From Eledone cirrhosa (Eukaryota), in contig CAXHJY010000568.1 in the NCBI GenBank assembly GCA_964016885.1, positions 1 to 64,000 on the forward strand: a DNA stretch of 64,000 nt, given 5' to 3'. A program made the translations under genes and the position numbers. Numbering within the stretch: position 1 is the stretch's first letter; each line of letters starts with the position of its first letter. Under the pieces are notes generated by a model. It was not told the DNA's origin. It saw only the letters and a program-made list of their open reading frames with translations, and made no database searches. Positions 41,566 through 56,500 of this stretch are shown one piece after another.

Positions 41566-44500
41566 TGTAGTGTGGTATAGTGTAGTGTGGTGTAGTATAG
41601 TGTGGTGTAGTGTGATGTAGTGTAGTGTAGTGTGATGTAGTATAGTGTAGTGTGATGTAGTGTAGTGTGGTATAGTGTAGTGTGGTGTGATGTAGTGTGG
41701 TGTGGTGTGGTATAGTGTAGTGTGGTGTAGTGTAGTGTGGTGTGGTGTGGTGTGATGTAGTGTAGTGTAGTGTGATGTAGTATAGTGTAGTGTGATGTGG
41801 TATAGTGTAGTGTGGTGTTGTGTAGTGTGGTGTGGTGTGGTATAGTGTAGTGTGGTGTGATGTAGTGTGGTGTGGTGTGGTATAGTGTAGTGTGGTGTGG
41901 TGTGGTATAGTGTAGTGTGGTGTAGTGTAGTGTGGTGTGGTGTAGGGTGATGTAGTGTAGTGTAGTTTGATGTAGTATAGTGTAGTGTGATGTGGTATAG
42001 TGTAGTGTGGTGTTGTGTAGTGTGGTGTGGTGTGGTATAGTGTAGTGTGGTGTAGTGTGGTGTGGTGTGGTGTAGTGTGATGTAGTGTAGTGTGGTGTGG
42101 TGTAATGTGATGTAGTGTAGTGTAGTGTGATGTATTATAGTGTAGTGTGATGTAGTGTAGTGTGGTGTGATGTAGTGTGGTGTGGTATAGTGTAGTGTGG
42201 TGTAGTGTAGTGTGGTGTGGTGTAGTGTGATGTAGTGTAGTGTAGTGTGATGTAGTATAGTGTAGTGTGATGTAGTGTAGTGTGGTATAGTGTAGTGTGG
42301 TGTGATGTAGTGTGATGTGGTGTGGTATAGTGTAGTGTGGTGTAGTGTAGTGTGGTGTGGTGTGGTGTAGTGTGATGTAGTGTAGTGTAGTGTGATGTAG
42401 TATAGTGTAGTGTGATGTGGTATAGTGTAGTGTGGTGTTGTGTAGTGTGGTGTGGTGTGGTATAGTGTAGTGTGGTGTAGTGTAGTGTGGTGTGGTGTAG
42501 TGTGATGTAGTGTAGTGTAGTTTGATGTAGTATAGTGTAGTGTGATGTGGTATAGTGTAGTGTGGTGTTGTGTAGTGTGGTGTGGTGTGGTATAGTGTAG
42601 TGTGGTGTAGTGTGGTGTGGTGTGGTGTAGTGTAGTGTCGTGTAGTGTAGTGTGGTGTGGTGTAGTGTGATGTAGTGTAGTGTAGTGTGATGTATTATAG
42701 TGTAGTTGGATGTGGTATAGTGTAGTGTGGTGTTGTGTAGTGTGGTGTGGTGTGGTATAGTGTAGTGTGGTGTTGTGTAGTGTGGTGTGGTATTGTATAG
42801 TGTAGTGTGGTGTAGTGTAGTGTGGTGTGGTGTGGTGTAGTGTGATGTAGTGTAGTGTAGTGTGATGTAGTATAGTGTAGTGTGATGTGGTATAGTGTAG
42901 TGTGGTGTTGTGTAGTGTGGTGTGGTGTGGTTTAGTGTAGTGTGGTGTAGTGTAGTGTGGTATAGTGTAGTGTGGTGTGATGTAGTGTGGTGTGGTATAG
43001 TATAGTGTGGTGTAGTGTAGTGTGGTATAGTGTAGTGTGGTGTGATGTAGTGTGGTGTGGTGTGGTATAGTGTAGTGTGGTGTAGTGTAGTGTAGTGTGG
43101 TGTGGTGTAGTGTGATGTAGTATAGTGTAGTGTGATGTGGTATAGTGTAGTGTGGTGTTGTGTAGTGTGGTGTGGTATAGTGTAGTGTGGTGTAGTGTAG
43201 TGTGGTGTGGTGTAGTGTAGGGTGGTGTAGTGTGGTGTAGTGTGATGTAGTATAGTGTAGTGTGATAAGGTATAGTGTAGTGTGGTGTAGTGTAGTGTGG
43301 TGTAGTGTAGTGTAGTGTAGTGTGGTGTAGTGTGATGTAGTGTAGTGTAGTGTGGTGTAGTGTGATGTAGTGTAGTGTGATGTGGTATCGTGTAGTGTGA
43401 TGTAGTGTAGTGTGGTATAGTGTAGTGTGGTATGATGTAGTGTGGTGTCGTGTGGTATAGTGTAGTGTGGTGTAGTGTAGTGTCGTGTGGTGTGGTGTAG
43501 TGTGATGTAGTGTAGTGTAGTGTGATGTAGTATAGTGTAGTGTGGTGTGATGTAGTGTGGTGTAGTGTAGTGTGGTATAGTGTAGTGTGGTCTGATATAG
43601 TGTGGTGTGGTGTGGTATAGTGTAGTGTGGTGTAGTGTAGTGTGGTGTGGTGTGGTGTAGTGTGATGTAGTGTAGTGTAGTGTGATGTGGTATAGTGTAG
43701 TGTGGTGTAGTGTAGTGTGGTATAGTGTAGTGTGGTGTGATGTAGTGTGGTGTGGTGTGGTATAGTGTGGTGTGGTGTAGTGTAGTGTGGTGTGGTGTAG
43801 TGTGATGTAGTATAGTGTAGCGTGATGTAGTATAGTGTAGTGTGATGTAGTGTAGTGTGGTATAGTGTAGTGTGGTGTGATGTAGTGTGGTGTGGTGTGG
43901 TATAGTGTAGTGTGGTGTAGTGTAGTGTGGTGTGGTGTGGTGTAGTGTGATGTAGTGTAGTGTAGTGTGATGTAGTATAGTGTAGTGTGATGTGGTATAA
44001 TGTAGTGTGGTGTTGTGTAGTGTGGTGTGGTGTGGTATAGTGTAGTGTGGTGTGATGTAGTGTGGTGTGGTATAGTGTAGTGTGGTGTGGTGTGGTATAG
44101 TGTAGTGTCGTGTAGCGTAGTGTGGTGTGGTGTGGTGTATTGTGATGTAGTGTAGTGTAGTGTGATGTAGTATAGTGTAGTGTGATGTAGTGTAGTGTGG
44201 TATAGTGTAGTGTGGTGTGATGTAGTGTGGTGTGGTGTGGTATAGTGTAGTGTGGTGTAGTGTAGTGTGGTGTGGTGTGGTGTAGTGTGATGTAGTGTAG
44301 TGTAGTGTGATGTAGTATAGTGTAGTGTGATGTGGTATAGTGTAGTGTGGTGTTGTGTAGTGTGGTGTGGTGTGGTATAGTGTAGTGTGGTGTAGTGTAG
44401 TGTGGTGTGGTGTAGTGTGATGTAGTGTAGTGTAGTTTGATGTAGTATAGTGTAGTGTGATGTGGTATAGTGTAGTGTGGTGTTGTGTAGTGTGGTGTGG

Positions 44501-47500
44501 TGTGGTATAGTGTAGTGTGGTGTAGTGTGGTGTGGTGTGGTGTAGTGTAGTGTCGTGTAGTGTAGTGTGGTGTGGTGTAGTGTGATGTAGTGTAGTGTAG
44601 TGTGATGTATTATAGTGTAGTTGGATGTGGTATAGTGTAGTGTGGTGTTGTGTAGTGTGGTGTGGTGTGGTATAGTGTAGTGTGGTGTTGTGTAGTGTGG
44701 TGTGGTATTGTATAGTGTAGTGTGGTGTAGTGTAGTGTGGTGTGGTGTGGTGTAGTGTGATGTAGTGTAGTGTAGTGTGATGTAGTATAGTGTAGTGTGA
44801 TGTGGTATAGTGTAGTGTGGTGTTGTGTAGTGTGGTGTGGTGTGGTTTAGTGTAGTGTGGTGTAGTGTAGTGTGGTATAGTGTAGTGTGGTGTGATGTAG
44901 TGTGGTGTGGTATAGTATAGTGTGGTGTAGTGTAGTGTGGTATAGTGTAGTGTGGTGTGATGTAGTGTGGTGTGGTGTGGTATAGTGTAGTGTGGTGTAG
45001 TGTAGTGTAGTGTGGTGTGGTGTAGTGTGATGTAGTATAGTGTAGTGTGATGTGGTATAGTGTAGTGTGGTGTTGTGTAGTGTGGTGTGGTATAGTGTAG
45101 TGTGGTGTAGTGTAGTGTGGTGTGGTGTAGTGTAGGGTGGTGTAGTGTGGTGTAGTGTGATGTAGTATAGTGTAGTGTGATAAGGTATAGTGTAGTGTGG
45201 TGTAGTGTAGTGTGGTGTAGTGTAGTGTAGTGTAGTGTAGTGTGGTGTAGTGTGATGTAGTGTAGTGTGGTGTAGTGTGATGTAGTGTAGTGTGATGTGG
45301 TATCGTGTAGTGTGATGTAGTGTAGTGTGGTATAGTGTAGTGTGGTATGATGTAGTGTGGTGTCGTGTGGTATAGTGTAGTGTGGTGTAGTGTAGTGTCG
45401 TGTGGTGTGGTGTAGTGTGATGTAGTGTAGTGTAGTGTGATGTAGTATAGTGTAGTGTGGTGTGATGTAGTGTGGTGTAGTGTAGTGTGGTATAGTGTAG
45501 TGTGGTCTGATATAGTGTGGTGTGGTGTGGTATAGTGTAGTGTGGTGTAGTGTAGTGTGGTGTGGTGTGGTGTAGTGTGATGTAGTGTAGTGTAGTGTGA
45601 TGTGGTATAGTGTAGTGTGGTGTAGTGTAGTGTGGTATAGTGTAGTGTGGTGTGATGTAGTGTGGTGTGGTGTGGTATAGTGTGGTGTGGTGTAGTGTAG
45701 TGTGGTGTGGTGTAGTGTGATGTAGTATAGTGTAGCGTGATGTAGTATAGTGTAGTGTGATGTAGTGTAGTGTGGTATAGTGTAGTGTGGTGTGATGTAG
45801 TGTGGTGTGGTGTGGTATAGTGTAGTGTGGTGTAGTGTAGTGTGGTGTGGTGTGGTGTAGTGTGATGTAGTGTAGTGTAGTGTGATGTAGTATAGTGTAG
45901 TGTGATGTGGTATAATGTAGTGTGGTGTTGTGTAGTGTGGTGTGGTGTGGTATAGTGTAGTGTGGTGTGATGTAGTGTGGTGTGGTATAGTGTAGTGTGG
46001 TGTGGTGTGGTATAGTGTAGTGTCGTGTAGCGTAGTGTGGTGTGGTGTGGTGTATTGTGATGTAGTGTAGTGTAGTGTGATGTAGTATAGTGTAGTGTGA
46101 TGTGATATAGTGTAGTGTGGTGTGGTGTGGTATAGTGTAGTGTGGTTTAGTGTAGTGTGGTATAGTGTAGTGTGGTGTGATGTAGTGTGGTGTGGTGTGG
46201 TATAGTGAAGAGTGGTGTAGTGTAGTGTGGTGTGGTGTGGAGTAGTGTGATGTAGTGTAGTGTAGTGTGATGTAGTATAGTGTAGTGTGATGTGGCATAG
46301 TGTAGTGTGGTGTTGTGTAGTGTGGTGTGGTATAGTGTATTGTGGTATAGTGTAGTGTGGTATAGTGTAGTGTGGTGTAGTGTAGTGTGGTGTGATGTAG
46401 TGTGATGTAGTGTGATGTAGTGTAGTGTAGTGTGATGTGGTATAGTGTAGTGTGGTGTAGTGTAGTGTGGTATAGTGTAGTGTGGTGTGATGTAGTGTGG
46501 TGTGGTGTCGTATAGTGTAGTGTGGTGTAGAGTAGTGTGGTATAGTGTAGTGTGGTGTGATGTAGTGTGGTGTGGTTTGGTATAGTATAGTGTGGTGTAG
46601 TGTTGTGTAGTGTAGTGTGGTGTGGTGTGGTGTAGTGTGATGTAGTGTAGTGTAGTGTGATGTGGTATAGTGTAGTGTGGTATAGTGTAGTGTGGTATAG
46701 TGTAGTGTGGTGTGATGTAGTGTGGTGTGGTATAGTGTGGTGTGGTGTAGTGTAGTGTGGTGTGGTGTAGTGTGATGTAGTATAGTGTAGTGTGATGTAG
46801 TATAGTGTAGTGTGATGTAGTGTAGTGTGGTATAGTGTAGTGTGGTGTGATGTAGTGTGGTGTGGTGTGGTATAGTGTAGTGTGGTGTAGTGTAGTGTAG
46901 TGTGGTGTGGTGTAGTATGATGTAGTGTAGTATGGTGTGGTGTAGTGTGATATAGTGTAGTGTGATGTGGTATCATGTAGTGTGATGTAGTGTAGTGTGG
47001 TATAGTGTAGTGTGGTATGATGTAGTGTGGTGTAGTGTGGTATAGTGTAGTGTGGTGTAGTGTAGTGTGGTGTGGTGTGGTGTAGTGTGATGTAGTGTAG
47101 TGTAGTGTGATGTAGTATAGTGTAGTGTGGTGTAATGTAGTGTGGTGTAGTGTAGTGTGGTTTAGTGTAGTGTGGTCTGATATAGTGTGGTGTGGTGTGG
47201 TATAGTGTAGTGTGGTGTAGTGTAGTGTGGTGTGGTGTGGTGTAGTGTGTTGTAGTGTAGTGTAGTGTGATGTGGTATAGTGTAGTGTGGTGTTGTGTAG
47301 TGTGGTATAGTGTAGTGTGGTGTGATGTAGTGTGGTGTGGTATAGTGTGGTGTGGTGTAGTGTAGTGTGGTGTGGTGTAGTGTGATGTAGTGTAGTGTAG
47401 TGTGAGGTAGTATAGTGTAGTGTGATGTAGTGTAGTGTGGTATAGTGTAGTGTGGTGTGATGTAGTGTGGTGTGGTGTGGTATAGTGTAGTGTGGTGTAG

Positions 47501-50500
47501 TGTAGTGTGGTGTGGTGTGGTGTAGTGTGATGTAGTGTAGTGTGATGTAGTATAGTGTAGTGTGATGTGGTATAGTGTAGTGTGGTGTTGTGTAGTGTGG
47601 TGTGGTGTGGTATAGTGTAGTGTGGTGTGATGTAGTGTGGTGTGGTATAGTGTAGTGTGGTGTGGTGTGGTATAGTGTAGTGTGGTGTAGTGTGGTGTGG
47701 TGTGGTGTAGTGTAGTGTCGTGTAGCGAAGTGTGGTGTGGTGTGGTGTATTGTGATATAGTGTAGTGTAGTGTAGTGTGATGTAGTATAGTGTAGTGTGA
47801 TGTGATATAGTGCAGTGTGGTGTTGTGTAGTGTGGTGTGGTGTGGTATAGTGTAGTGTGGTTTAGTGTAGTGTGGTATAGTGTAGTGTGGTGTGATGTAG
47901 TGTGGTGTGGTGTGGTATAGTGAAGAGTGGTGTAGTGTAGTGTGGTGTGGTTTGGAGTTGTGTGATGTAGTGTAGTGTAGTGTGATGTAGTATAGTGTAG
48001 TGTGATGTGGCATAGTGTAGTGTGGTGTTGTGTAGTGTGGTGTGGTGTGGTATAGTGTAGTGTGGTGTAGTGTAGTGTGGTGTGGTGTGGTTTAGTGTGA
48101 TGTAGTGTAGTGTAGTGTGATGTAGTATAGTGTAGTGTGATGTGGTATAGTGTAGCGTGGTGTTGTGTAGTGTGGTGTGGTATAGTGTATTGTGGTATAG
48201 TGTAGTGTGGTATAGTGTAGTGTGGTGTAGTGTAGTGTGGTGTGATGTAGTGTGATGTAGTGTGATGTAGCATAGTGTAGTGTGATGTGGTATAGTGTAG
48301 TGTGGTGTAGTGTAGTGTGGTATAGTGTAGTGTGGTGTGATGTAGTGTGGTGTGGTGTGGTATAGTGTAGTGTGGTGTAGTGTAGTGTGGTGTAGTGTAG
48401 TGTGGTGTGATGTAGTGTGGTGTGGTGTGGTATAGTGTAGTGTGGTGTAGTGTAGTGTAGTGAGGTGTGGTGTGGTGTAGTGTGATGTAGTATAGTATAG
48501 TGTGATGTGGTATAGTGTAGTGTGGTGTGATGTAGTGTGGTGTGGTGTGGTATAGTGTAGTGTGGTGTAGTGTAGTGTGGTATAGTGTAGTGTGGTGTGA
48601 TGTAATGTGGTGTGGTTTGGTATAGTGTAGTGTGGTGTAGTGTGGTGTAGTGTAGTGTGGTGTGGTGTGGTGTAGTGTGATGTAGTGTAGTGTAGTGTGA
48701 TGTGGTATAGTGTAGTGTGGTATAGTGTAGTGTGGTATAGTGTAGTGTGGTGTGATGTAGTGTGGTGTGGTATAGTGTGGTGTGGTGTAGTGTAGTGTGG
48801 TGTGGTGTAGTGTGATGTAGTATAGTGTAGTGTGATGTAGTATAGTGTACTGTGATGTAGTGTAGTGTGGTATAGTGTAGTGTGGTGTGATGTAGTGTGG
48901 TGTGGTGTGGTATAGTGTAGTGTGGTGTAGTGTAGTGTAGTGTGGTGTGGTGTAGTGTGATGTAGTGTAGTATGGTGTGGTGTAGTGTGATATAGTGTAG
49001 TGTAATGCGGTATCATGAAGTGTGATGTAGTGTAGTGTGGTATAGTGTAGTGAGGTATGATGTAGTGTGGTGTAGTGTGGTATAGTGTAGTGTGGTGTAG
49101 TGTAGTGTGGTGTGGTGTGGTATAGTGTGATGTAGTGTAGTGTAGTGTGATGTAGTATAGTGTAGTGTGGTGTGATGTAGTGTGGTGTAGTGTAGTGTGG
49201 TTTAGTGTAGTGTGGTCTGATATAGTGTGGTGTGGTGTGGTATAGTGTAGTGTGGTGTAGTGTAGTGTGGTGTGGTGTGGTGTAGTGTGATGTAGTGTAG
49301 TGTAGTGTGAGGTAGTATAGTGTAGTGTGATGTGGCATAGTGTAGTGTGGTGTTGTGTAGTGTGGTGTGGTATAGTGTAGTGTGGTGTGATGTAGTGTGG
49401 TGTGGTGTGGTATAGTGTAGTGTGGTGTAGTGTAGTGTGGTGTGGTTTGGTGTAGTGTGATGTAGTGTAGTGTAGTGTGATGTAGTATAGTGTAGTGTGA
49501 TGTGGCATAGTGTAGTGTGGTGTTGTGTAGTGTGGTGTGGTATAGTGTAGTGTGGTGTGATGTAGTGTGGTGTGGTATAGCGTAGTGTGGTGTGGTGTGG
49601 CATAGTGTAGTGTGGTGTAGTGTGGTGTGGTGTGGTGTAGTGTAGTGTCGTGTAGCGAAGTGTGGTGTGGTGTGGTGTATTGTGATGTAGTGTATTGTAG
49701 TGTAGTGTGATGTAGTATAGTGTAGTGTGATGTGATATAGTGCAGTGTGGTGTTGTGTAGTGTGGTGTGGTGTGGTATAGTGTAGTGTGGTTTAGTGTAG
49801 TGTGGTATAGTGTAGTGTGGTGTGATGTAGTGTGGTGTGGTGTGGTATAGTGAAGAGTGGTGTAGAGTAGTGTGGTGTGGTGTGGAGTAGTGTGATGTAG
49901 TGTAGTGTAGTGTGATGTAGTATAGTGTAGTGTGATGTGGCATAGTGTAGTGTGGTGTTGTGTAGTGTGGTGTGGTGTGGTATAGTGTAGTGTGGTGTAG
50001 TGTAGTGTGGTGTGGTGTGGTTTAGTGTGATGTAGTGTAGTGTAGTGTGATGTAGTATAGTGTAGTGTGATGTGGTATAGTGTAGTGTGGTGTTGTGTAG
50101 TGTGGTGTGGTATAGTGTATTGTGGTATAGTGTAGTGTGGTATAGTGTAGTGTGGTGTAGTGTAGTGTGGTGTGATGTAGTGTGATGTAGTGTGATGTAG
50201 TGTAGTGTAGTGTGATGTGGTATAGTGTAGTGTGGTGTAGTGTAGTGTGGTATAGTGTAGTGTAGTGTGATGTAGTGTGGTGTGGTGTGGTATAGTGTAG
50301 TGTGGTGTAGTGTAGTGTGGTGTAGTGTAGTGTGGTGTGATGTAGTGTGGTGTGGTGTGGTATAGTGTAGTGTGGTGTAGTGTAGTGTAGTGAGGTGTGG
50401 TGTGGTGTAGTGTGATGTAGTATAGTATAGTGTGATGTGGTATAGTGTAGTGTGGTGTTGTGTAGTGTGGTATGGTGTGGTATAGTGTAGTGTGGTGTGA

Positions 50501-53500
50501 TGTAGTGTGGTGTGGTGTGGTATAGTGTAGTGTGGTATAGTGTAGTGTGGTATAGTGTAGTGGGGTGTTGTGTAGTGTGGTGTGGTGTGGTATAGTGTAG
50601 TGTGGTGTAGTGTGGTGTGGTGTGGTGTAGTGTGATGTAGTGTAGTGTAGTGTGATGTAGTATAGTGTAGTGTGATGTGGTATAGTGTAGTGTGGTGTTG
50701 TGTAGTGTGGTGTGGTGTGGTATAGTTTAGTGTGGTGTGATGTAGTGTGGTGTGGTGTGGTATAGTGTAGTGTGGTGTGGTGTGGTATAGTGTAGTGTGG
50801 TGTAGTGTGGTGTGGTGTGGTGTGGTGTAGTGTAGTGTCGTGTAGCGTAGTGTGGTGTGGTGTGGTGTATTGTGGTGTAGTGTAGTGTGGTATAGTGTAG
50901 TGTGGTGTGATGTAGTGTGGTCTGGTATAGTGAAGAGTGGTGTAGTGTAGTGTGGTGTGGTGTGGTGTAGTGTGATGTAGTGTAGTGTAGTGTGATGTAG
51001 TATAGTCTAGTGTGATGTGGCATAGTGTAGTGTGGTGTTGTACAGTGTGGTGTGGTGTGGTGTGGTGTAGTGTAGTGTGGTGTAGTGTAGTGTGGTGTGG
51101 TGCGGTTTAGTGTGATGTAGTGTAGTGTAGTGTGATGTAGTATAGTGTAGTGTGATGTGGTATAGTGTAGTGTGGTGTAGTGTAGTGTGGTATAGTGTAG
51201 TGTGGTGTGATGTAGTGTGGTGTGGTGTGGTATAGTGTAGTGTGGTGTAGTGTAGTGTGGTGTAGTGTAGTGTGGTGTGATGTAGTGTGGTGTGGTGTGG
51301 TATAGTGTAGTGTGGTGTAGTGTAGTGTAGTGAGGTGTGGTGTGGTGTAGTGTGATGTAGTATAGTATAGTGTGATGTGGTATAGTGTAGTGTGGTGTTG
51401 TGTAGTGTGGTATAGTGTAGTGTGGTGTGATGTAGTGTGGTGTGGTGTGGTATAGTGTAGTGTGGTGTAGTGTAGTGTGGTATAGTGTAGTGTGGTGTGA
51501 TGTAATGTGGTGTGGTTTGGTATAGTGTAGTGTGGTGTAGTGTGGTGTAGTGTAGTGTGGTGTGGTGTGGTGTAGTGTGATGTAGTGTAGTGTAGTGTGA
51601 TGTGGTATAGTGTAGTGTGGTATAGTGTAGTGTGGTATAGTGTAGTGTGGTGTGATGTAGTGTGGTGTGGTATAGTGTGGTGTGGTGTAGTGTAGTGTGG
51701 TGTGGTGTAGTGTGATGTAGTATAGTGTAGTGTGATGTAGTATAGTGTAGTGTGATGTAGTGTAGTGTGGTATAGTGTAGTGTGGTGTGATGTAGTGTGG
51801 TGTGGTGTGGTATAGTGTAGTGTGGTGTAGTGTAGTGTAGTGTGGTGTGGTGTAGTGTGATGTAGTGTAGTATGGTGTGGTGTAGTGTGATATAGTGTAG
51901 TGTGATGTGGTATCATGAAGTGTGATGTAGTGTAGTGTGGTATAGTGTAGTGTGGTATGATGTAGTGTGGTGTAGTGTGGTATAGTGTAGTGTGGTGTAG
52001 TGTAGTGTGGTGTGGTATAGTGTGATGTAGTGTAGTGTAGTGTGATGTAGTATAGTGTAGTGTGGTGTGATGTAGTGTGGTGTAGTGTAGTGTGGTTTAG
52101 TGTAGTGTGGTCTGATATAGTGTGGTGTGGTGTGGTATAGTGTAGTGTGGTGTAGTGTAGTGTGGTGTGGTGTGGTGTAGTGTGATGTAGTGTAGTGTAG
52201 TGTGAGGTAGTATAGTGTAGTGTGATGTAGTGTAGTGTGGTATAGTGTAGTGTGGTGTGATGTAGTGTGGTGTGGTGTGGTATAGTGTAGTGTGGTGTAG
52301 TGTAGTGTGGTGTGGTGTGGTGTAGTGTGATGTAGTGTAGTGTAGTGTGATGTAGTATAGTGTAGTGTGATGTGGTATAGTGTAGTGTGGTGTTGTGTAG
52401 TGTGGTGTGGTGTGGTATAGTGTAGTGTGGTGTGATGTAGTGTGGTGTGGTATAGTGTAGTGTGGTGTGGTGTGGTATAGTGTAGTGTGGTGTAGTGTGG
52501 TGTGGTGTGGTGTAGTGTAGTGTCGTGTAGCGAAGTGTGGTGTGGTGTGGTGTATTGTGATGTAGTGTATTGTAGTGTAGTGTGATGTAGTATAGTGTAG
52601 TGTGATGTGATATAGTGCAGTGTGGTGTTGTGTAGTGTGGTTTGGTGTGGTATAGTGTAGTGTGGTTTAGTGTAGTGTGGTATAGTGTAGTGTGGTGTGA
52701 TGTAGTGTGGTGTGGTGTGGTATAGTGAAGAGTGGTGTAGAGTAGTGTGGTGTGGTGTGGAGTAGTGTGATGTAGTGTAGTGTAGTGTGATGTAGTATAG
52801 TGTAGTGTGATGTGGCATAGTGTAGTGTGGTGTTGTGTAGTGTGGTGTGGTGTGGTATAGTGTAGTGTGGTGTAGTGTAGTGTGGTGTGGTGTGGTTTAG
52901 TGTGATGTAGTGTAGTGTAGTGTGATGTAGTATAGTGTAGTGTGATGTGGTATAGTGTAGTGTGGTGTTGTGTAGTGTGGTGTGGTATAGTGTATTGTGG
53001 TATAGTGTAGTGTGGTATAGTGTAGTGTGGTGTAGTGTAGTGTGGTGTGATGTAGTGTGATGTAGTGTGATGTAGTGTAGTGTAGTGTGATGTGGTATAG
53101 TGTAGTGTGGTGTAGTGTAGTGTGGTATAGTGTAGTGTGGTGTGATGTAGTGTGGTGTGGTGTGGTATAGTGTAGTGTGGTGTAGTGTAGTGTGGTGTAG
53201 TGTAGTGTGGTGTGATGTAGTGTGGTGTGGTGTGGTATAGTGTAGTGTGGTGTAGTGTAGTGTAGTGAGGTGTGGTGTGGTGTAGTGTGATGTAGTATAG
53301 TATAGTGTGATGTGGTATAGTGTAGTGTGGTGTTGTGTAGTGTGGTATGGTGTGGTATAGTGTAGTGTGGTGTGATGTAGTGTGGTGTGGTGTGGTATAG
53401 TGTAGTGTGGTATAGTGTAGTGTGGTATAGTGTAGTGGGGTGTTGTGTAGTGTGGTGTGGTGTGGTATAGTGTAGTGTGGTGTAGTGTGGTGTGGTGTGG

Positions 53501-56500
53501 TGTAGTGTGATGTAGTGTAGTGTAGTGTGATGTAGTATAGTGTAGTGTGATGTGGTATAGTGTAGTGTGGTGTTGTGTAGTGTGGTGTGGTGTGGTATAG
53601 TTTAGTGTGGTGTGATGTAGTGTGGTGTGGTGTGGTATAGTGTAGTGTGGTGTGGTGTGGTATAGTGTAGTGTGGTGTAGTGTGGTGTGGTGTGGTGTGG
53701 TGTAGTGTAGTGTCGTGTAGCGTAGTGTGGTGTGGTGTGGTGTATTGTGGTGTAGTGTAGTGTGGTATAGTGTAGTGTGGTGTGATGTAGTGTGGTCTGG
53801 TATAGTGAAGAGTGGTGTAGTGTAGTGTGGTGTGGTGTGGTGTAGTGTGATGTAGTGTAGTGTAGTGTGATGTAGTATAGTCTAGTGTGATGTGGCATAG
53901 TGTAGTGTGGTGTTGTACAGTGTGGTGTGGTGTGGTGTGGTGTAGTGTAGTGTGGTGTAGTGTAGTGTGGTGTGGTGCGGTTTAGTGTGATGTAGTGTAG
54001 TGTAGTGTGATGTAGTATAGTGTAGTGTGATGTGGTATAGTGTAGTGTGGTGTTGTGTAGTGTGGTGTGGTATAGTGTAGTGTGGTATAGTGTAGTGTGG
54101 TATAGTGTAGTGTGGTGTGATGTAGTGTGGTGTGGTGTGGTATAGTGTTGTGTGGTGTAGTGTAGTGTGATGTAGTGTGATGTAGTGTAATGTAGTGTGG
54201 TGTAGTGTGTTGTAGTGTGATGTAGTATAGTGTAGTGTGGTGTAGTGTAGTGTGGTGTGATGTAGTGTGGTGTGGTGTGGGATAGTGTAGTGTGGTGTAG
54301 TGTAGTGTGGTATAGTGTAGTGTGGTGTGATGTAGTGTGGTGTGGTGTGGTATAGTGTAGTGTGGTGTAGTGTAGTGTGGTGTGGTGTGGTGTAGTGTGA
54401 TGTACTGTAGTGTAGTGTGATGTGGCATAGTGTAGTGTGGTGTTGTGTAGTGTGGTGTGGTGTGGTATAGTGTAGTGTGGTGTGGTGTAGTGTGATGTAG
54501 TGTAGTGTAGTGTAGTGTGATGTAGTATAGTGTAGTGTGATGTGGCATAGTGTAGTGTGGTGTTGTGTAGTGTGGTGTGGTGTAGTGTGGTGTGGTGCGG
54601 TTTAGTGTGATGTAGTGTAGTGTAGTGTGATGTAGTATAGTGTAGTGTGATGTGGTATAGTGTAGTGTGGTGTTGTGTAGTGTGGTGTGGTGTGGTATAG
54701 TGTAGTGTGGTATAGTGTAGTTTGGTATAGTGTAGTGTGGTGTAGTGTAGTGTGGTGTGGTGTGGTATAGTGTAGTGTGGTATAGTGTAGTGTGGTATAG
54801 TGTAGTGTGGTGTGATGTAGTGTGGTGTGGTATAGCGTTGTGTGGTGTAGTGTAGTGTGGTGTGATGTAGTGTGATGTAGTGTGATATAGTGTAGTGTAG
54901 TGTGATGTGGTATAGTGTAGTGTGGTGTAGTGTAGTGTGGTGTGGTGTGGTATAGTGTGATGTGGTATAGTGTAGTGTGGTGTTGTGTAGTGTGGTGTGG
55001 TGTGGTATAGTGTAGTGTGGTATAGTGTAGTGTGGTATAGTGTAGTGTGGTGTGATGTAGTGTGGTGTGGTATAGCGTTGTGTGGTGTAGTGTAGTGTGG
55101 TGTGATGTAGTGTGATATAGTGTGATATAGTGTAGTGTAGTGTGATGTGGTATAGTGTAGTGTGGTGTAGTGTAGTGTGGTATAGTGTAGTGTGGTGTGA
55201 TGTAGTGTGGTGTGGTGTGGTATAGTGTAGTGTGGTGTAGTGTAGTGTGGTATAGTGTAGTGTGGTGTGATGTAGTGTGGTGTGGTGTGGTATAGTGTAG
55301 TGTGGTGTAGTGTAGTGTGGTGTGGTGTGGTGTGGTGTAGTGTGATGTAGTGTAGTGTAGTGTGATGTGGCATAGTGTAGTGTGGTGTTGTGTAGTGTGG
55401 TGTGGTGTGGTATTGTGTAGTGTGGTGTGATGTAGTGTAGTGTAGTGTGATGTAGTATAGTGTAGTGTGATGTAGCATAGTGTAGTGTGGTGTTGTGCAG
55501 TGTGGTGTGGTGTAGTGTAGTGTAGTGTGGTGTAGTGTAGTGTTGTGTGGTGCGGTTTAGTGTGATGTAGTGTAGTGTAGTGTGATGTAGTATAGTGCAG
55601 TGTGATGTGGTATAGTGTAGTGTGGTGTTGTGTAGTGTGGTGTGGTGTGGTATAGTGTAGTGTGGTATAGTGTAGTGTGGTATAGTGTAGTGTGGTATAG
55701 TGTAGTGTGGTGTGATGTAGTGTGGTGTGGTGTGGTATAGTGTTGTGTGGTGTAGTGTAGTGTGGTGTGATGTAGTGTGATGTAATGTGATGTAGTGTAG
55801 TGTAGTGTGATGTGGTATAGTGTAGTGTGGTGTAGTGTAGTGTGGTATAGTATAGTGTGGTGTGATGTAGTGTGGTGTGGTGTGGTATAGTGTAGTGTGG
55901 TATAGTGTAGTGTGGTATAGTGTAGTGTGGTGTGATGTAGTGTGGGTGTGGTATAGTGTAGTGTGGTGTAGTGTAGTGTAGTGTAGTGAGGTGTGGTGTG
56001 GTGTAGTGTGATGTAGTATAGTGTAGTGTGATGTGGCATAGTGTAGTGTGGTGTTGTGTAGTGTGGTGTGGTGTGGTATAGTGTAGTGTGGTGTAGTGTA
56101 GTCTGGTGTGGTGTAGTGTAGTGTGGTGTAGTGTGTTGTAGTGTGATGTAGTATAGTGTAGTGTGATATGGTATAGTGTAGTGTGGTGTAGTGTAGTGTG
56201 GTGTAGTGTAGTGTGGTATAGTGTATGTGGTGTGGTGTAGTGCGATGTAGTGTAGTGTGGTGTGGTGTAGTGTGATGTAGTGTAGTGTGATGTGGTATAG
56301 TGTAGTGTGGTGTAGTGTGATGTAGTGTAGTGTAGTGTGATGTAGTATAGTGTAGAGTGGTGTAGTGTAGTGTGGCGTGGTGTGGTGTAGTGTGATGTAG
56401 TATAGTGTAGTGTGATGTGGTATAGTGTAGTGTGGTATAGTGTAATGAGGTGTGGTGTAGTGTGGTGTGGTGAAGTGTGGTGTGGTGTAGTGTGATGTAG